The notes under the pieces are model-generated. The model worked only from the letters and a program-made list of their open reading frames with translations, ran no database searches and was not told where the DNA came from. This document shows, in pieces, positions 1 to 8,905 of a DNA stretch of 40,949 bases. The number at the start of each line of letters is the position of its first letter. The first letter of the stretch is position 1. The stretch comes from Candidatus Uhrbacteria bacterium. GTDB taxonomy: Bacteria; Patescibacteriota; Patescibacteriia; UBA9934. The translations under genes and the position numbers were made by a program. The DNA is taken from positions 1 through 40,949 of the forward strand of contig CAIKHN010000032.1 of the NCBI GenBank assembly GCA_903827265.1. Direction: 5' to 3'.

Positions 1-267
1 AAGGTCTCCTCGGAGTCCGTCCTCGCCGATCTCGCGAAGAAGGGTCGTCGTGCCGCCACGGCCGCCGAAACGTTGCTCTACGGAATCATGAACCCCGAAG
101 AACAACGGAAGTACTGGATCGTCGGCCTCGGCCAGGTCTGGGTGGGTTCCGACGGGGACGGGTACGTGGTCGTGCTGCGCGAGGGCGCTCGCAGTCGCGG
201 CGCGGACCTGTACCCCGTCGCGGACGACTGGTTTGCGAGCTGCCGGTTCCTCTCCTTCCCGCTGTAG
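1..267 (+). CDS. Partial (5'-truncated) hypothetical protein; possible DGR-target-like C-terminus
   Basis: Frame 1 is open from base 1 (KVSSESVLADLAKKGRRAATAAETLLYG...DDWFASCRFLSFPL*), with GC-rich codons. It shares motifs with the ORF at 28821-29366. Confidence 0.75.
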   Translation, partial: KVSSESVLADLAKKGRRAATAAETLLYGIMNPEEQRKYWIVGLGQVWVGSDGDGYVVVLREGARSRGADLYPVADDWFASCRFLSFPL

Positions 268-297
268 TTCACCGTGCTCGAGCTTCGAGCGCACACG

Positions 298-331
298 GCC
301 GGGCCTGTCTCACGAAGACGGCCCGGTTTTG
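298..331 (+). terminator. Intrinsic-terminator-like bulged hairpin
   Basis: CCGGGCC-T-GTCT-cacga-AGAC-GGCCCGG followed by TTTT. Confidence 0.65.
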
Positions 332-377
332 CGTTTGGGATCGATTCAGTTTTTGCTCTGTGCTACCATTCCTCTAT

Positions 378-1610
378 ATGCGTTTTTCTCGTTCGCCACT
401 TTCGGCGCCGTTGCAGGCGTCCGGTGCGGTTTTGGTCGCAGTGATCTGCGTGGTGTTCGGATACACGCTTGGTTCGCATCAATCAGCACAGGCAGGTGTT
501 CCTGATGGTGAAGGCCATGTTACGAATCAGGGTTTTATCCCGCCGGACGTGAGTAGCGATGCAGACTTCGCGACATTTTGGGATGTCTGGCGCATGGTGA
601 AAGCAAAATATGTCGATCAACCTGTTTCGGAAAAGAATTTGTATTACGGTTCTGTTGCAGGAATGGTTGCGAGTTTGAACGATCCATACTCCACGTACTT
701 CACACCGGAAGATGCAAAGGCATTCGACGAACAGCTTGCGGGAAGTTTTTTCGGCATTGGTGCGCAGCTCGACATGAAGGATAATCAGATTGTGGTTGTT
801 GCGCCGTTGCCTGGAACGCCAGCGGATCGCGCAGGTTTGCGGACGAGTGATGTTATTGCTGCGATCGACGGTACAGCGACCGACGGCATGAGTATCGATG
901 AAGCGGTCGCGAAGATTCGTGGAGAAAAAGGAACTGCAGTTGTACTGAGTATTCTTCGCGATGGATCCGAGGATGTGCAAGAATTTTCCATTGTTCGCGA
1001 TGAAATTACGGTGGACAGCGTGACGTATACCATGCGTGACGACCACGTTGCAGTGATTGCGATTTCGATGTTTAATGAAGACACTTCTTCGCTTTTTGCG
1101 AAGGCTGCACAAAATGCAGTAAACGACGGCGCGACGAGCATTCTGCTTGATTTGCGCAACAACCCAGGCGGTTTGCTTGATTCGGCTATCGATCTTGCCG
1201 GATACTGGATTCCAAAAGGCGGCACAGCCGTGATTGAGGACGTTCGTGGACAGAAAACGGAATATCCAACGTCCGGTGCCGGGAGCTTGAAGGACATTCC
1301 AACTGCAGTGTTGGTGAACGGCGGATCGGCATCTGCTGCGGAAATTCTTGCAGGTGCGTTGCAAGATACGCACGAAGCACGGGTTATCGGAGAACAGACG
1401 TTCGGAAAAGGTTCGGTGCAGCAGTACGAGGATCTTCCAGACGGCGGCGCAGTAAAAATCACCGTCGCTCGATGGCTGACTCCACTCGGACGTTCAATTG
1501 ATAAACAAGGAATTGCTCCAGATGACGTTGTTCCTCTGACGCTTGACGACATTCATGCCAAACACGATACCCAATTCACCGCGGCGCTCAATTTCCTCCA
1601 GAAGGAATAA
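378..1610 (+). CDS. ctpA: S41 family C-terminal processing peptidase (CtpA-like, PDZ domain)
   Basis: N-terminal TM segment; motifs LNDPYS, DLRNNPGG, SASAAEILAGALQD and TFGKGSVQ. Start moved to ATG 378, just after TGcTACCAT. Confidence 0.93.
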   Translation: MRFSRSPLSAPLQASGAVLVAVICVVFGYTLGSHQSAQAGVPDGEGHVTNQGFIPPDVSSDADFATFWDVWRMVKAKYVDQPVSEKNLYYGSVAGMVASLNDPYSTYFTPEDAKAFDEQLAGSFFGIGAQLDMKDNQIVVVAPLPGTPADRAGLRTSDVIAAIDGTATDGMSIDEAVAKIRGEKGTAVVLSILRDGSEDVQEFSIVRDEITVDSVTYTMRDDHVAVIAISMFNEDTSSLFAKAAQNAVNDGATSILLDLRNNPGGLLDSAIDLAGYWIPKGGTAVIEDVRGQKTEYPTSGAGSLKDIPTAVLVNGGSASAAEILAGALQDTHEARVIGEQTFGKGSVQQYEDLPDGGAVKITVARWLTPLGRSIDKQGIAPDDVVPLTLDDIHAKHDTQFTAALNFLQKE

Positions 1611-2172
1611 AGGAGAAGAAGAACGCCATCGAACAGAGGTCTCTGCTGGAGGTCTCGTGTTTAAGCGTGTCAACGGGCTGGTATACTTCGCAATGGTGAA
1701 GGACTCGTACGGCAAGTGGGCATTTCCAAAAGGTCACGTTCGCCAAGGAGAGTCGTATCGTGACGGCGCAACGCGAGAGATTCGCGAAGAGATGGGCCTG
1801 ACTGGCTTGCGCATGGTATGCCGACTCGACACCATCGATATCTGGTTCCGCGATCGCTTTGTCCACAAAGGAAAGCTCGTGCATAAGTACATTCATTATT
1901 TCTTGTTTGAGGCAGACGCAGACGCTACGGTGCGTCGTCCAACTCCGCAGGAACAAGGAGAAACGATCCGTGCGGTGGGATGGGTTCCAGCAAGAGACTT
2001 GCTTCGGCGCTCAAGTTACCGTGACATGATCCACATCATTAAGAAAGCGTTACGTCTATGCTCGTCTCCCTCCTCAACGATGTCCGCTCCCTCGGCCCCA
2101 AAGGCGCCATCGTCGACGTCCCCGAAGGCTACGCCCGAAGCTTCCTCTTTCCTGAACACCTTGCGGTTTTAG
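1555..2172 (+). CDS. NUDIX hydrolase
   Basis: Nudix box GHVRQGESYRDGATREIREEMGL and SAGGLV. Start is uncertain; the ORF overlaps both neighbours. Confidence 0.85.
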   Translation: MPNTIPNSPRRSISSRRNKGEEERHRTEVSAGGLVFKRVNGLVYFAMVKDSYGKWAFPKGHVRQGESYRDGATREIREEMGLTGLRMVCRLDTIDIWFRDRFVHKGKLVHKYIHYFLFEADADATVRRPTPQEQGETIRAVGWVPARDLLRRSSYRDMIHIIKKALRLCSSPSSTMSAPSAPKAPSSTSPKATPEASSFLNTLRF

Positions 2173-2492
2173 CATCAAAAAGCGTTGTCGCTGCGGACAA
2201 GGCGCTCGACGATCGTCCAAAGGAATCAAAGGCTGAACGCGAGGAGCGTGAACTCGCCGGCGAAATTGATGGTCTCGAGATTGTTCGATTGGTTAAGCAA
2301 GAAAAAGGCCTGCCCGCATCGGCGGTTGGACGGGAAGACGTAAAACAAGGTTTGAAAGAGCTCGGTTTCAAAGTTCCGCTCGACTTTATCGGTTTAAAAA
2401 AGCCGCTGAAAGAATTCGGAACGTTCGATGTTCCTGTCACATTTCCTTCCGGATTCGAATCCCAACTTTCCGTCATTATCGAAGCAGCCTAA
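2058..2492 (+). CDS. rplI: 50S ribosomal protein L9
   Basis: N-terminal LLNDVRSLGPKGAIVDVPEGYARSFLFP and C-terminal PLKEFGTFDVPV. Confidence 0.88.
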   Translation: MLVSLLNDVRSLGPKGAIVDVPEGYARSFLFPEHLAVLASKSVVAADKALDDRPKESKAEREERELAGEIDGLEIVRLVKQEKGLPASAVGREDVKQGLKELGFKVPLDFIGLKKPLKEFGTFDVPVTFPSGFESQLSVIIEAA

Positions 2493-2564
2493 CAAGGCTG
2501 TTTTCGATGTGATACCATAACGAAGTCTTATCCCCACAAGACGTTTATTCTTTATTCTTGCAGT

Positions 2565-2852
2565 ATGTTGAGCAAAAAAGACGTCGTACTCTTGAGGGGG
2601 ATGTTTCAGGAGCAGGAAAGTCGGTTCGATCAGAAATTAGATGATCTGAAGGAAGGCCTTCGCGATGAGATGCGTTCGTGTATCTCTGCGTCGGAGGCGC
2701 GAATGACGAGCCGAATGGATGGTGCACTCGAGCGAGTGAAGACCGAAATCATCGATGCAATCGGAGAGATTCTCGATGAATCAGTTCTTCTCCAGATTTC
2801 GGATCTGCAGACCGACATGCGACGAGTGAAGAATCATCTCCAAATGGCCTAA
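2565..2852 (+). CDS. Hypothetical coiled-coil protein
   Basis: 95-aa ATG ORF filling the gap, with heptad-like helical composition. Confidence 0.7.
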   Translation: MLSKKDVVLLRGMFQEQESRFDQKLDDLKEGLRDEMRSCISASEARMTSRMDGALERVKTEIIDAIGEILDESVLLQISDLQTDMRRVKNHLQMA

Positions 2853-2855
2853 TAC

Positions 2856-2886
2856 AATGCTCCGCCCCGGCGGAGCGTTTCGTTTC
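2856..2886 (+). terminator. Terminator-like hairpin just upstream of pyrG
   Basis: ATGCTCCGC-cccg-GCGGAGCGT followed by TTCGTTT. Confidence 0.5.
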
Positions 2887-2887
2887 T

Positions 2888-4543
2888 ATGCATCATCGAT
2901 ATATTTTCATCGTTGGCGGAGTCATGAGCGGGGTAGGAAAAGGAACATCGAGCGCTGCACTCGGATTAACGCTGAAGGCGCGCGGGTTTTCGGTGACGGC
3001 GGTGAAGATCGATCCGTATGTGAACGTGGATGCGGGGACGATGAACCCGGTGGAACATGGCGAAGTGTTCGTCACGATTGACGGAGATGAAACAGATCAA
3101 GACATTGGAAACTATGAACGATTCCTCGACGAGAACATCACGTCGGTGAACTACATGACAACGGGTCGAGTCTATCAATCAGTCATCGAACGCGAACGAA
3201 GAGGGGATTATCACGGAAAATGTGTCGAGGTTGTTCCACGTGTGCCAGAGGAGGTAATCGATCGTCTCGAGAAGGCGGCAAAGAAAGCAAAGGCGGATTT
3301 TGTGCTCGTCGAAATTGGCGGCACGGTCGGTGAATATGAAAATATTCTTTTCCTTGAGGCGATTCGCATGATGAAGTTAAAGAACGCTGACGATGTTCGC
3401 ACGGTGCTCGTGAGCTATCTTCCGGTTCCGCCATCGATTGGCGAAATGAAAACGAAGCCGACGCAACACGCCGTCCGCGAGGTGAATCGTATTGGTATTA
3501 ATCCTGAATTTTTGATTTGTCGATCAGAGGTCGCGCTTGATGCTCCTCGACGCGAAAAGTTGAGTCGATTCTGCGGCGTTCATCCGTCGCACATTATTAC
3601 CGCGCCAAATGCGAAGAGTATTTACGAAGTTCCACGATTATTCGACGAGCAAGGTTTTGCGGATTCGATGGTGAAGTCGTTCCGAATGAAGCCGCGCATG
3701 GTGCCAGATCTTAGCGCTTGGGATTCGCTTGCAAACACTATCGAAACGGTCGATCGTCCGGTTCGCATCGGCGTTATTGGAAAATATTTCTCAACCGGAG
3801 ACTTCGTGCTCTCTGATGCGTATCTCTCCGTGCTTGAGGCAATTAAGCACGCGGCGTGGAGTATTGGAAGAAAACCGGTGATTGAATGGTTGAACAGCGA
3901 GGCATACGAACAAGATTCGTCGAAACTTGAGGAACTTTCCCGGTACGATGGCGTGTTGGTTCCTGGCGGATTCGGCTCGCGCGGCATTGAGGGAAAGATG
4001 GCTGCGATTCACTATGTTCGCGAACACAAAATTCCGTATTTTGGTATTTGCTACGGTATGCAGTGTGCGGTGATTGAATTTGCGCGATCGGTACTCGGGC
4101 TTGCCGATGCACATACTACGGAGATTGCACCAAAGACGAAGAATCCGGTGATTCATTTGATGAATGATCAGGCGAAGAAATTAAAGGGAACCGGAATTGG
4201 TGGAACGCTTCGTCTTGGATCGTATCGTTGTGATTTGAAGGCGGGATCGATTTCTCGCGAATCGTATGGCGCCGATCAAATCTCGGAGCGCCACCGTCAC
4301 CGATATGAGTTCAATAACGTGTATCGAGAACGTCTCATTGACGCCGGCCTCGTCATTGCCGGCACATCGCCAGACGATCGCCTTGTTGAGATTGTTGAGG
4401 TCGCTGATCATCCATTTTTCGTCGGTGTGCAATTCCATCCAGAGTTTCAGTCGCGACCGCTCCGACCTCACCCTTTGTTTGTAAAATTTGTCCAAGCTTC
4501 TTCTGACAAACACGATTCAACCCTTAGGGTTGATCAACCCTAA
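2888..4543 (+). CDS. pyrG: CTP synthase
   Basis: GGVMSGVGKG, KIDPYVNVDAGTMNPVEHGEVFVT, GICYGMQ, ERHRHRYE and VQFHPE. Confidence 0.98.
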   Translation: MHHRYIFIVGGVMSGVGKGTSSAALGLTLKARGFSVTAVKIDPYVNVDAGTMNPVEHGEVFVTIDGDETDQDIGNYERFLDENITSVNYMTTGRVYQSVIERERRGDYHGKCVEVVPRVPEEVIDRLEKAAKKAKADFVLVEIGGTVGEYENILFLEAIRMMKLKNADDVRTVLVSYLPVPPSIGEMKTKPTQHAVREVNRIGINPEFLICRSEVALDAPRREKLSRFCGVHPSHIITAPNAKSIYEVPRLFDEQGFADSMVKSFRMKPRMVPDLSAWDSLANTIETVDRPVRIGVIGKYFSTGDFVLSDAYLSVLEAIKHAAWSIGRKPVIEWLNSEAYEQDSSKLEELSRYDGVLVPGGFGSRGIEGKMAAIHYVREHKIPYFGICYGMQCAVIEFARSVLGLADAHTTEIAPKTKNPVIHLMNDQAKKLKGTGIGGTLRLGSYRCDLKAGSISRESYGADQISERHRHRYEFNNVYRERLIDAGLVIAGTSPDDRLVEIVEVADHPFFVGVQFHPEFQSRPLRPHPLFVKFVQASSDKHDSTLRVDQP

Positions 4544-4552
4544 GGGTTGAAT
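4515..4552. repeat. Perfect 38-bp palindrome made of two hairpin units
   Basis: ATTCAACCCTTAGGGTTGATCAACCCTAAGGGTTGAAT equals its own reverse complement. Confidence 0.9.
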
Positions 4553-4563
4553 GTGAAGAAATG

Positions 4564-4597
4564 CAAAACCCCAGCCGATTGGCTGGGGTTTTGTTTT
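4564..4597. terminator. Bidirectional terminator between convergent pyrG and rpmA
   Basis: CAAAACCCCAGCC-gatt-GGCTGGGGTTTTG. Confidence 0.85.
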
Positions 4598-4601
4598 GCG
4601 A

Positions 4602-4880
4602 TTACGCGGTTTTGATAGAAACGAAGGTTCGGAGCTTGAGCTTTCCGGTGAAGTCCGGAACGCGCTTCTTCATGAAGGATACTGCGCCGTCTTTGAGGGC
4701 GTAGAGGGTGAAGTCTTTGCCGGCGCGGACGTTCTTTCCTGGGTGAACCTGTGTTCCGCGCTGACGAATAATGATTTCGCCAATTTGAACTTGGGTACCG
4801 TCGGAACGCTTGACTCCAAGGCGTTTTGCTTGGGAGTCGCGGCCGTTACGTGTAGATCCTTGGGCTAATTTATGTGCCAT
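4602..4880 (-). CDS. rpmA: 50S ribosomal protein L27
   Basis: [24 protein letters not shown]...IIIRQRGT...GKDFTLYAL. Confidence 0.97.
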   Translation of the reverse strand: MAHKLAQGSTRNGRDSQAKRLGVKRSDGTQVQIGEIIIRQRGTQVHPGKNVRAGKDFTLYALKDGAVSFMKKRVPDFTGKLKLRTFVSIKTA

Positions 4881-4935
4881 ACTTGGGGTAAGTGCCGGAC
4901 TCCGATCACAGTGATCGGTGCGGCTAACGGTGGGT

Positions 4936-4964
4936 AGATTAGCCTAATTCCTGTGGAGCGTCAA
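4936..4964 (-). promoter_or_regulatory. Sigma70-type promoter for rpmA
   Basis: TTGACG-N17-TAATCT on the minus strand. Confidence 0.65.
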
Positions 4965-5016
4965 GCAGAAACTGGGGCTATCCGTGGATGAAAAATGGAG
5001 TATACTGTGAAAAGCT

Positions 5017-5253
5017 ATGCGAAACGCGATTTTGGCTGCTTTGGAGGATATTCGGCAGAGTTTACGCCTGCATAGGGGCGGAATCGAACTTGTCGATCTG
5101 GACGAGGATTCCGGGGTTGTTTCTTTGAGATTCACTGGTGCTTGTGCCGGCTGTGCCCTTTCTGACGTTACCATGAAAAAAGGGGTTGAAGTGGTGCTTT
5201 GCGAGCGTGTTCCTGGGATTCGAAAAATTCTTACCATCAACACGCATGTCTAA
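5017..5253 (+). CDS. NifU/Nfu C-terminal domain protein
   Basis: IRQSLRLHRGGIELV...LRFTGACAGC (CxxC), 78 aa. Confidence 0.88.
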   Translation: MRNAILAALEDIRQSLRLHRGGIELVDLDEDSGVVSLRFTGACAGCALSDVTMKKGVEVVLCERVPGIRKILTINTHV

Positions 5254-5638
5254 GATTATCGTCGAGCGGAAGGGTCGGATCGCCGTGCTGTTTCGTGTGG
5301 AGTATTTTCGGCTAGGGGTTGCGCTGACGATTGGGTGTATTTTAGGTTCGTTTGTGCTTATTCTCTGGCGGTTGTTTCCTGAGATTTACGGAAAGGACAT
5401 TATTCCTCTCCATTACAATATTCACTACGGTGTGGATTGGACGGGTGCGTGGTGGCAGATTTTTGTGTACCCCGTTGCCGCGGCAGTGATGAGCGTGGTG
5501 AATGTTGGAATCGCGATGGGTATTATTCATCGTGAGCCAATGCTCGCGAGGGTGGTGCTCGTGGGAACCGTGCTTCTCTCGGTATTTCTCTTTTGCTCCA
5601 CTGTTTTTGTGGTGCTTATGAATATTGTTTATGGTTGA
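5246..5638 (+). CDS. Hypothetical membrane protein (DUF1648-like)
   Basis: Three hydrophobic segments and IIPLHYNIHYGVDWTG. ATG 5246 overlaps the nfu stop region. Confidence 0.7.
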   Translation: MSKIIVERKGRIAVLFRVEYFRLGVALTIGCILGSFVLILWRLFPEIYGKDIIPLHYNIHYGVDWTGAWWQIFVYPVAAAVMSVVNVGIAMGIIHREPMLARVVLVGTVLLSVFLFCSTVFVVLMNIVYG

Positions 5639-6695
5639 TGCTTTTGCAATCACAAAAATTCTCTTGCTTGGTACAGCGAGTTTCGTTGCTGCGATTTGGT
5701 GGACGCCGCTTTTAACGCACGTGTTGTATCGATTCCGATTAGGGAAGTCGATTCGTAGCGCCGTGAAGGCGCCGATGTTTGCAAAACTACATGCAAAAAA
5801 AGCTGGCGTACCAACGATGGGCGGCGTTCTTGTTTGGGGAACGGTTGGCGCAATGGCGGTATTTTTTTCTGCGTGTCACATCTTTTTTCCAAATAGTGCA
5901 CTTGCCGAGCTCAATTTCCTTTCGCGTTCGCAAACATGGTTGCCGGTTGCTGCGCTCGTTGCTGCCGGAATTATTGGTCTTGCCGACGACTTCATGAACG
6001 TGTTTCGCGTGGGGCCTGATGGTGGAGGTCTCCACGTACGGCATCGTTTGGCATTGTATGCGATCGTTGCAGCCGTTGGCGCTTGGTGGTTTACCGCAAA
6101 ACTTGGATTTGATTCGTTGCACGTTCCGTTCGTTGGCGATGTTGTTGTTGGTGTTGTGCCGTACGCCCTTTTCTTTATTGGCGTTATCGTTGCTACATCA
6201 TTCTCTGTGAATCAAACTGATGGTCTTGATGGTTTGGCTGGTGGAACGCTGGCAAGCGCATTCGGCGCGTACTCGCTTATTGCGGTTATGCAGGGACGGT
6301 ACGATCTTGCGGCATTTTGTGCGGTGGTGATGGGTGCGCTATTCGCGTTCCTTTGGTTCAATATTTACCCTGCGCGGTTTATTATGGGCGACACTGGTGC
6401 AATGTCGCTCGGCGTTACGCTCGGTGTTGTTGCCATGATTACCAATCAGCCACTATTACTTCCGTTAATTGGATTTATTTTTGTGCTGGAGATGGTGACG
6501 ACTATTTTGCAGATGGGTTCAAAAAAGCTTTTTGGGAAAAAGATTTTCCTCATTGCGCCAATTCATCATCACTTTGAGGCGCTCGGTTGGCCAGAGCCAA
6601 AGGTCGTGATGCGCTTTTGGGTAATTTCCTGGATTACCGCTGCTCTCGGTGTGCTTCTCGCGTTGCTTGATGTCGCGGTGAAGATTTCGTCATAG
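5631..6695 (+). CDS. mraY: Phospho-N-acetylmuramoyl-pentapeptide transferase
   Basis: KKAGVPTMGG, GLADD, VNQTDGLDGL, IMGDTG and APIHHHFE. Confidence 0.97.
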   Translation: MVDAFAITKILLLGTASFVAAIWWTPLLTHVLYRFRLGKSIRSAVKAPMFAKLHAKKAGVPTMGGVLVWGTVGAMAVFFSACHIFFPNSALAELNFLSRSQTWLPVAALVAAGIIGLADDFMNVFRVGPDGGGLHVRHRLALYAIVAAVGAWWFTAKLGFDSLHVPFVGDVVVGVVPYALFFIGVIVATSFSVNQTDGLDGLAGGTLASAFGAYSLIAVMQGRYDLAAFCAVVMGALFAFLWFNIYPARFIMGDTGAMSLGVTLGVVAMITNQPLLLPLIGFIFVLEMVTTILQMGSKKLFGKKIFLIAPIHHHFEALGWPEPKVVMRFWVISWITAALGVLLALLDVAVKISS

Positions 6696-6697
6696 CT

Positions 6698-7816
6698 ATG
6701 TCCGTTTTTGCAGGCATCCGCAACGCAGACCGCACCTTTCTTGCGCTTCTTGGCGGATTGCTTTTGCTTGGACTCGTGTTGCTTGCATCAGCGTCTGGCC
6801 CAACGGGATTCGTAAAGTTCCATGACACGTATTACTTTTTAAAGCATCAAATGATTTTCGGTTTGGTGCCTGGAGCGATTGGGTTTTTTCTTGCCAGTCG
6901 TGTGCCGTACGGAACGTATCGTCGGTTTGCGGGAGTGATGTTGATTATTTCCATCGTCCTATTGCTCTCGGTGTTTATTCCTGGGCTTGGAACTGATCTT
7001 GGCACGTTTGCTCGACAGTGGATTGTGCTTGGGCCGTTAACGCTTCAGCCGTCGGAACTCGTGAAGTTAACATTTTTGTTTTACATTGCGGCATGGATGG
7101 AAAAGCGAACCGAACATGAAATTCGTGACGTGCACAGTGGACTTATTCCGTTTGCCATTGTGCTTTCGGTGGTGATGGGGTTGCTCTTGCTTGAACATGA
7201 CACTGGAACACTTGGCGTGATTGTTATCATGGCGCTTGGCGTGTATTTCGCCGCCGGAGCGCCGTTTCGATACTTTGCGTTGTTCGGCACGAGTGGCGGC
7301 GTGCTTCTTGCGCTGCTCCTCACATTCTCGTCGTATCGTCGTGAGCGATTTATTACGTTTTTGCACCCAGAATTAGATCCGCTGCATACGGGGTATCACA
7401 TCAATCAAGCGTTGCTTGCTATTGGGAGTGGGGGATTTTTTGGAAGAGGTTATGGGCATAGCTTGCAGAAGTTTCAGTATCTTCCGGAAGTTGCCGGCGA
7501 TTCGATTTTTGCGGTGATTGGTGAAGAGCTTGGTTTTTTGTTAACGACGGCATTCCTTGTGTTGTACGTTGGATTTTTACAGCGTGGTTTTAAGGTTGCT
7601 GCAGCATCTCGTGACGCATTCGGGAGATATCTTGCCGTTGGAGTGATGTCGTGGATTGGTGCACAAGCGTTTTTCAATATTGCTGCGATGGTTGGTGTGC
7701 TTCCAATTACGGGCGTGCCGCTTCCGTTGGTCAGTTACGGAGGAACGGCGCTTGCCGTAACGCTTACCGCACTTGGTGTTGTTGTGAATGTATCGTCGCA
7801 TTCCAAAAATGTATAA
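6698..7816 (+). CDS. ftsW: SEDS peptidoglycan glycosyltransferase FtsW
   Basis: QPSELVK, AIGSGG, LPEVAGDSIFAVIGEELG and LPLVSYGG; lies between mraY and murG. Confidence 0.93.
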   Translation: MSVFAGIRNADRTFLALLGGLLLLGLVLLASASGPTGFVKFHDTYYFLKHQMIFGLVPGAIGFFLASRVPYGTYRRFAGVMLIISIVLLLSVFIPGLGTDLGTFARQWIVLGPLTLQPSELVKLTFLFYIAAWMEKRTEHEIRDVHSGLIPFAIVLSVVMGLLLLEHDTGTLGVIVIMALGVYFAAGAPFRYFALFGTSGGVLLALLLTFSSYRRERFITFLHPELDPLHTGYHINQALLAIGSGGFFGRGYGHSLQKFQYLPEVAGDSIFAVIGEELGFLLTTAFLVLYVGFLQRGFKVAAASRDAFGRYLAVGVMSWIGAQAFFNIAAMVGVLPITGVPLPLVSYGGTALAVTLTALGVVVNVSSHSKNV

Positions 7817-7825
7817 TTCGTTGGT

Positions 7826-8905
7826 ATGAATCCTCCAGAGCACCACATTGTATTTACCGGCGGAGGGACGCTTGGTCCGGTTACCCCACTTCTTGCGGTT
7901 GCTGCAGAATGGCGGAAACGCGATCCGCATGTGAAATTCACGTGGATCGGAACACCTGACGGGCCAGAACGACTCGTGGTTGAATCTGCGAAAATTCCGT
8001 TTCTTCCACTTTCGGCACCGAAATTTGATCGCACTCGTCCGTGGACGTGGGTTATTGCGCCGGTTCAGCTTGTGGTAAGCACGATTCGTGCCGGACGAAT
8101 GCTCGTGAGCCTCGAGCCAACCATGGTGATGACTGCTGGGGCGTACGTAAGCGTTCCTGTTGCGTTTGCCGCGGCAATGATGCGCATTCCGTCGTGGGTA
8201 CATCAGTTCGATATTGTTGTTGGCCTAGCGAATAAGCTCATGGCGCCGTTTGCAACGCGCGTGAGTGTGACGTGGGAGGAGAACGCTTCAAGTTTTGGTT
8301 CGCGAAAAACGTTTGTTGTCGGTGCAATGATTCGTCCGTTCTTGCGATTTGGTGATGCGCAAATTGCACGAGAACTTTTCGGGCTCTCTGCGCAGAAGCC
8401 AACGGTCCTTGTGATTGGCGGAGGAACAGGCTCGGCTCGAATGAACGAACGCTTTGCGGTGATTGGACCGGAGCTTGTCCGGCACGCAAACGTGATTCAC
8501 ATTACCGGTCGAGGAAAGATGCTTACGTCGCTCGAGACTCTTGGTGACGGATACGTTGCGCGAGAATTCGTCGGAGAAGGGATGGCCGATATTTTGGCGC
8601 TTGCGGATGTTGTGGTGTGTCGAGCAGGGATGGGAACTCTTGCAGAAGTTGTCGCGCTTGGAAAACCAACGATTCTTTTACCCCTTGAAGGTCAGCAGGA
8701 AGCAAACGCAAAGGCGCTTGAGGATCGAGGTGCCGTCGAGGTTTTGAAGCACGTCACCCCACAAACATTGCTGCAGTCGATTTTGCGTTTGGTTGAAAGC
8801 TCAGAACGACGAGAGGCGCTCTCCGCGAAAGTTCGAACCGTATTTCCAACAAACGGCGATGAACGGATCGTGCACGAGGCGTTGCGGATTTTGAATCTGA
8901 ACTGA
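7826..8905 (+). CDS. murG: Lipid II GlcNAc transferase MurG
   Basis: TGGGTLG, GAYVSVP, GLANK, RAGMGT and QEANA. Confidence 0.93.
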   Translation: MNPPEHHIVFTGGGTLGPVTPLLAVAAEWRKRDPHVKFTWIGTPDGPERLVVESAKIPFLPLSAPKFDRTRPWTWVIAPVQLVVSTIRAGRMLVSLEPTMVMTAGAYVSVPVAFAAAMMRIPSWVHQFDIVVGLANKLMAPFATRVSVTWEENASSFGSRKTFVVGAMIRPFLRFGDAQIARELFGLSAQKPTVLVIGGGTGSARMNERFAVIGPELVRHANVIHITGRGKMLTSLETLGDGYVAREFVGEGMADILALADVVVCRAGMGTLAEVVALGKPTILLPLEGQQEANAKALEDRGAVEVLKHVTPQTLLQSILRLVESSERREALSAKVRTVFPTNGDERIVHEALRILNLN

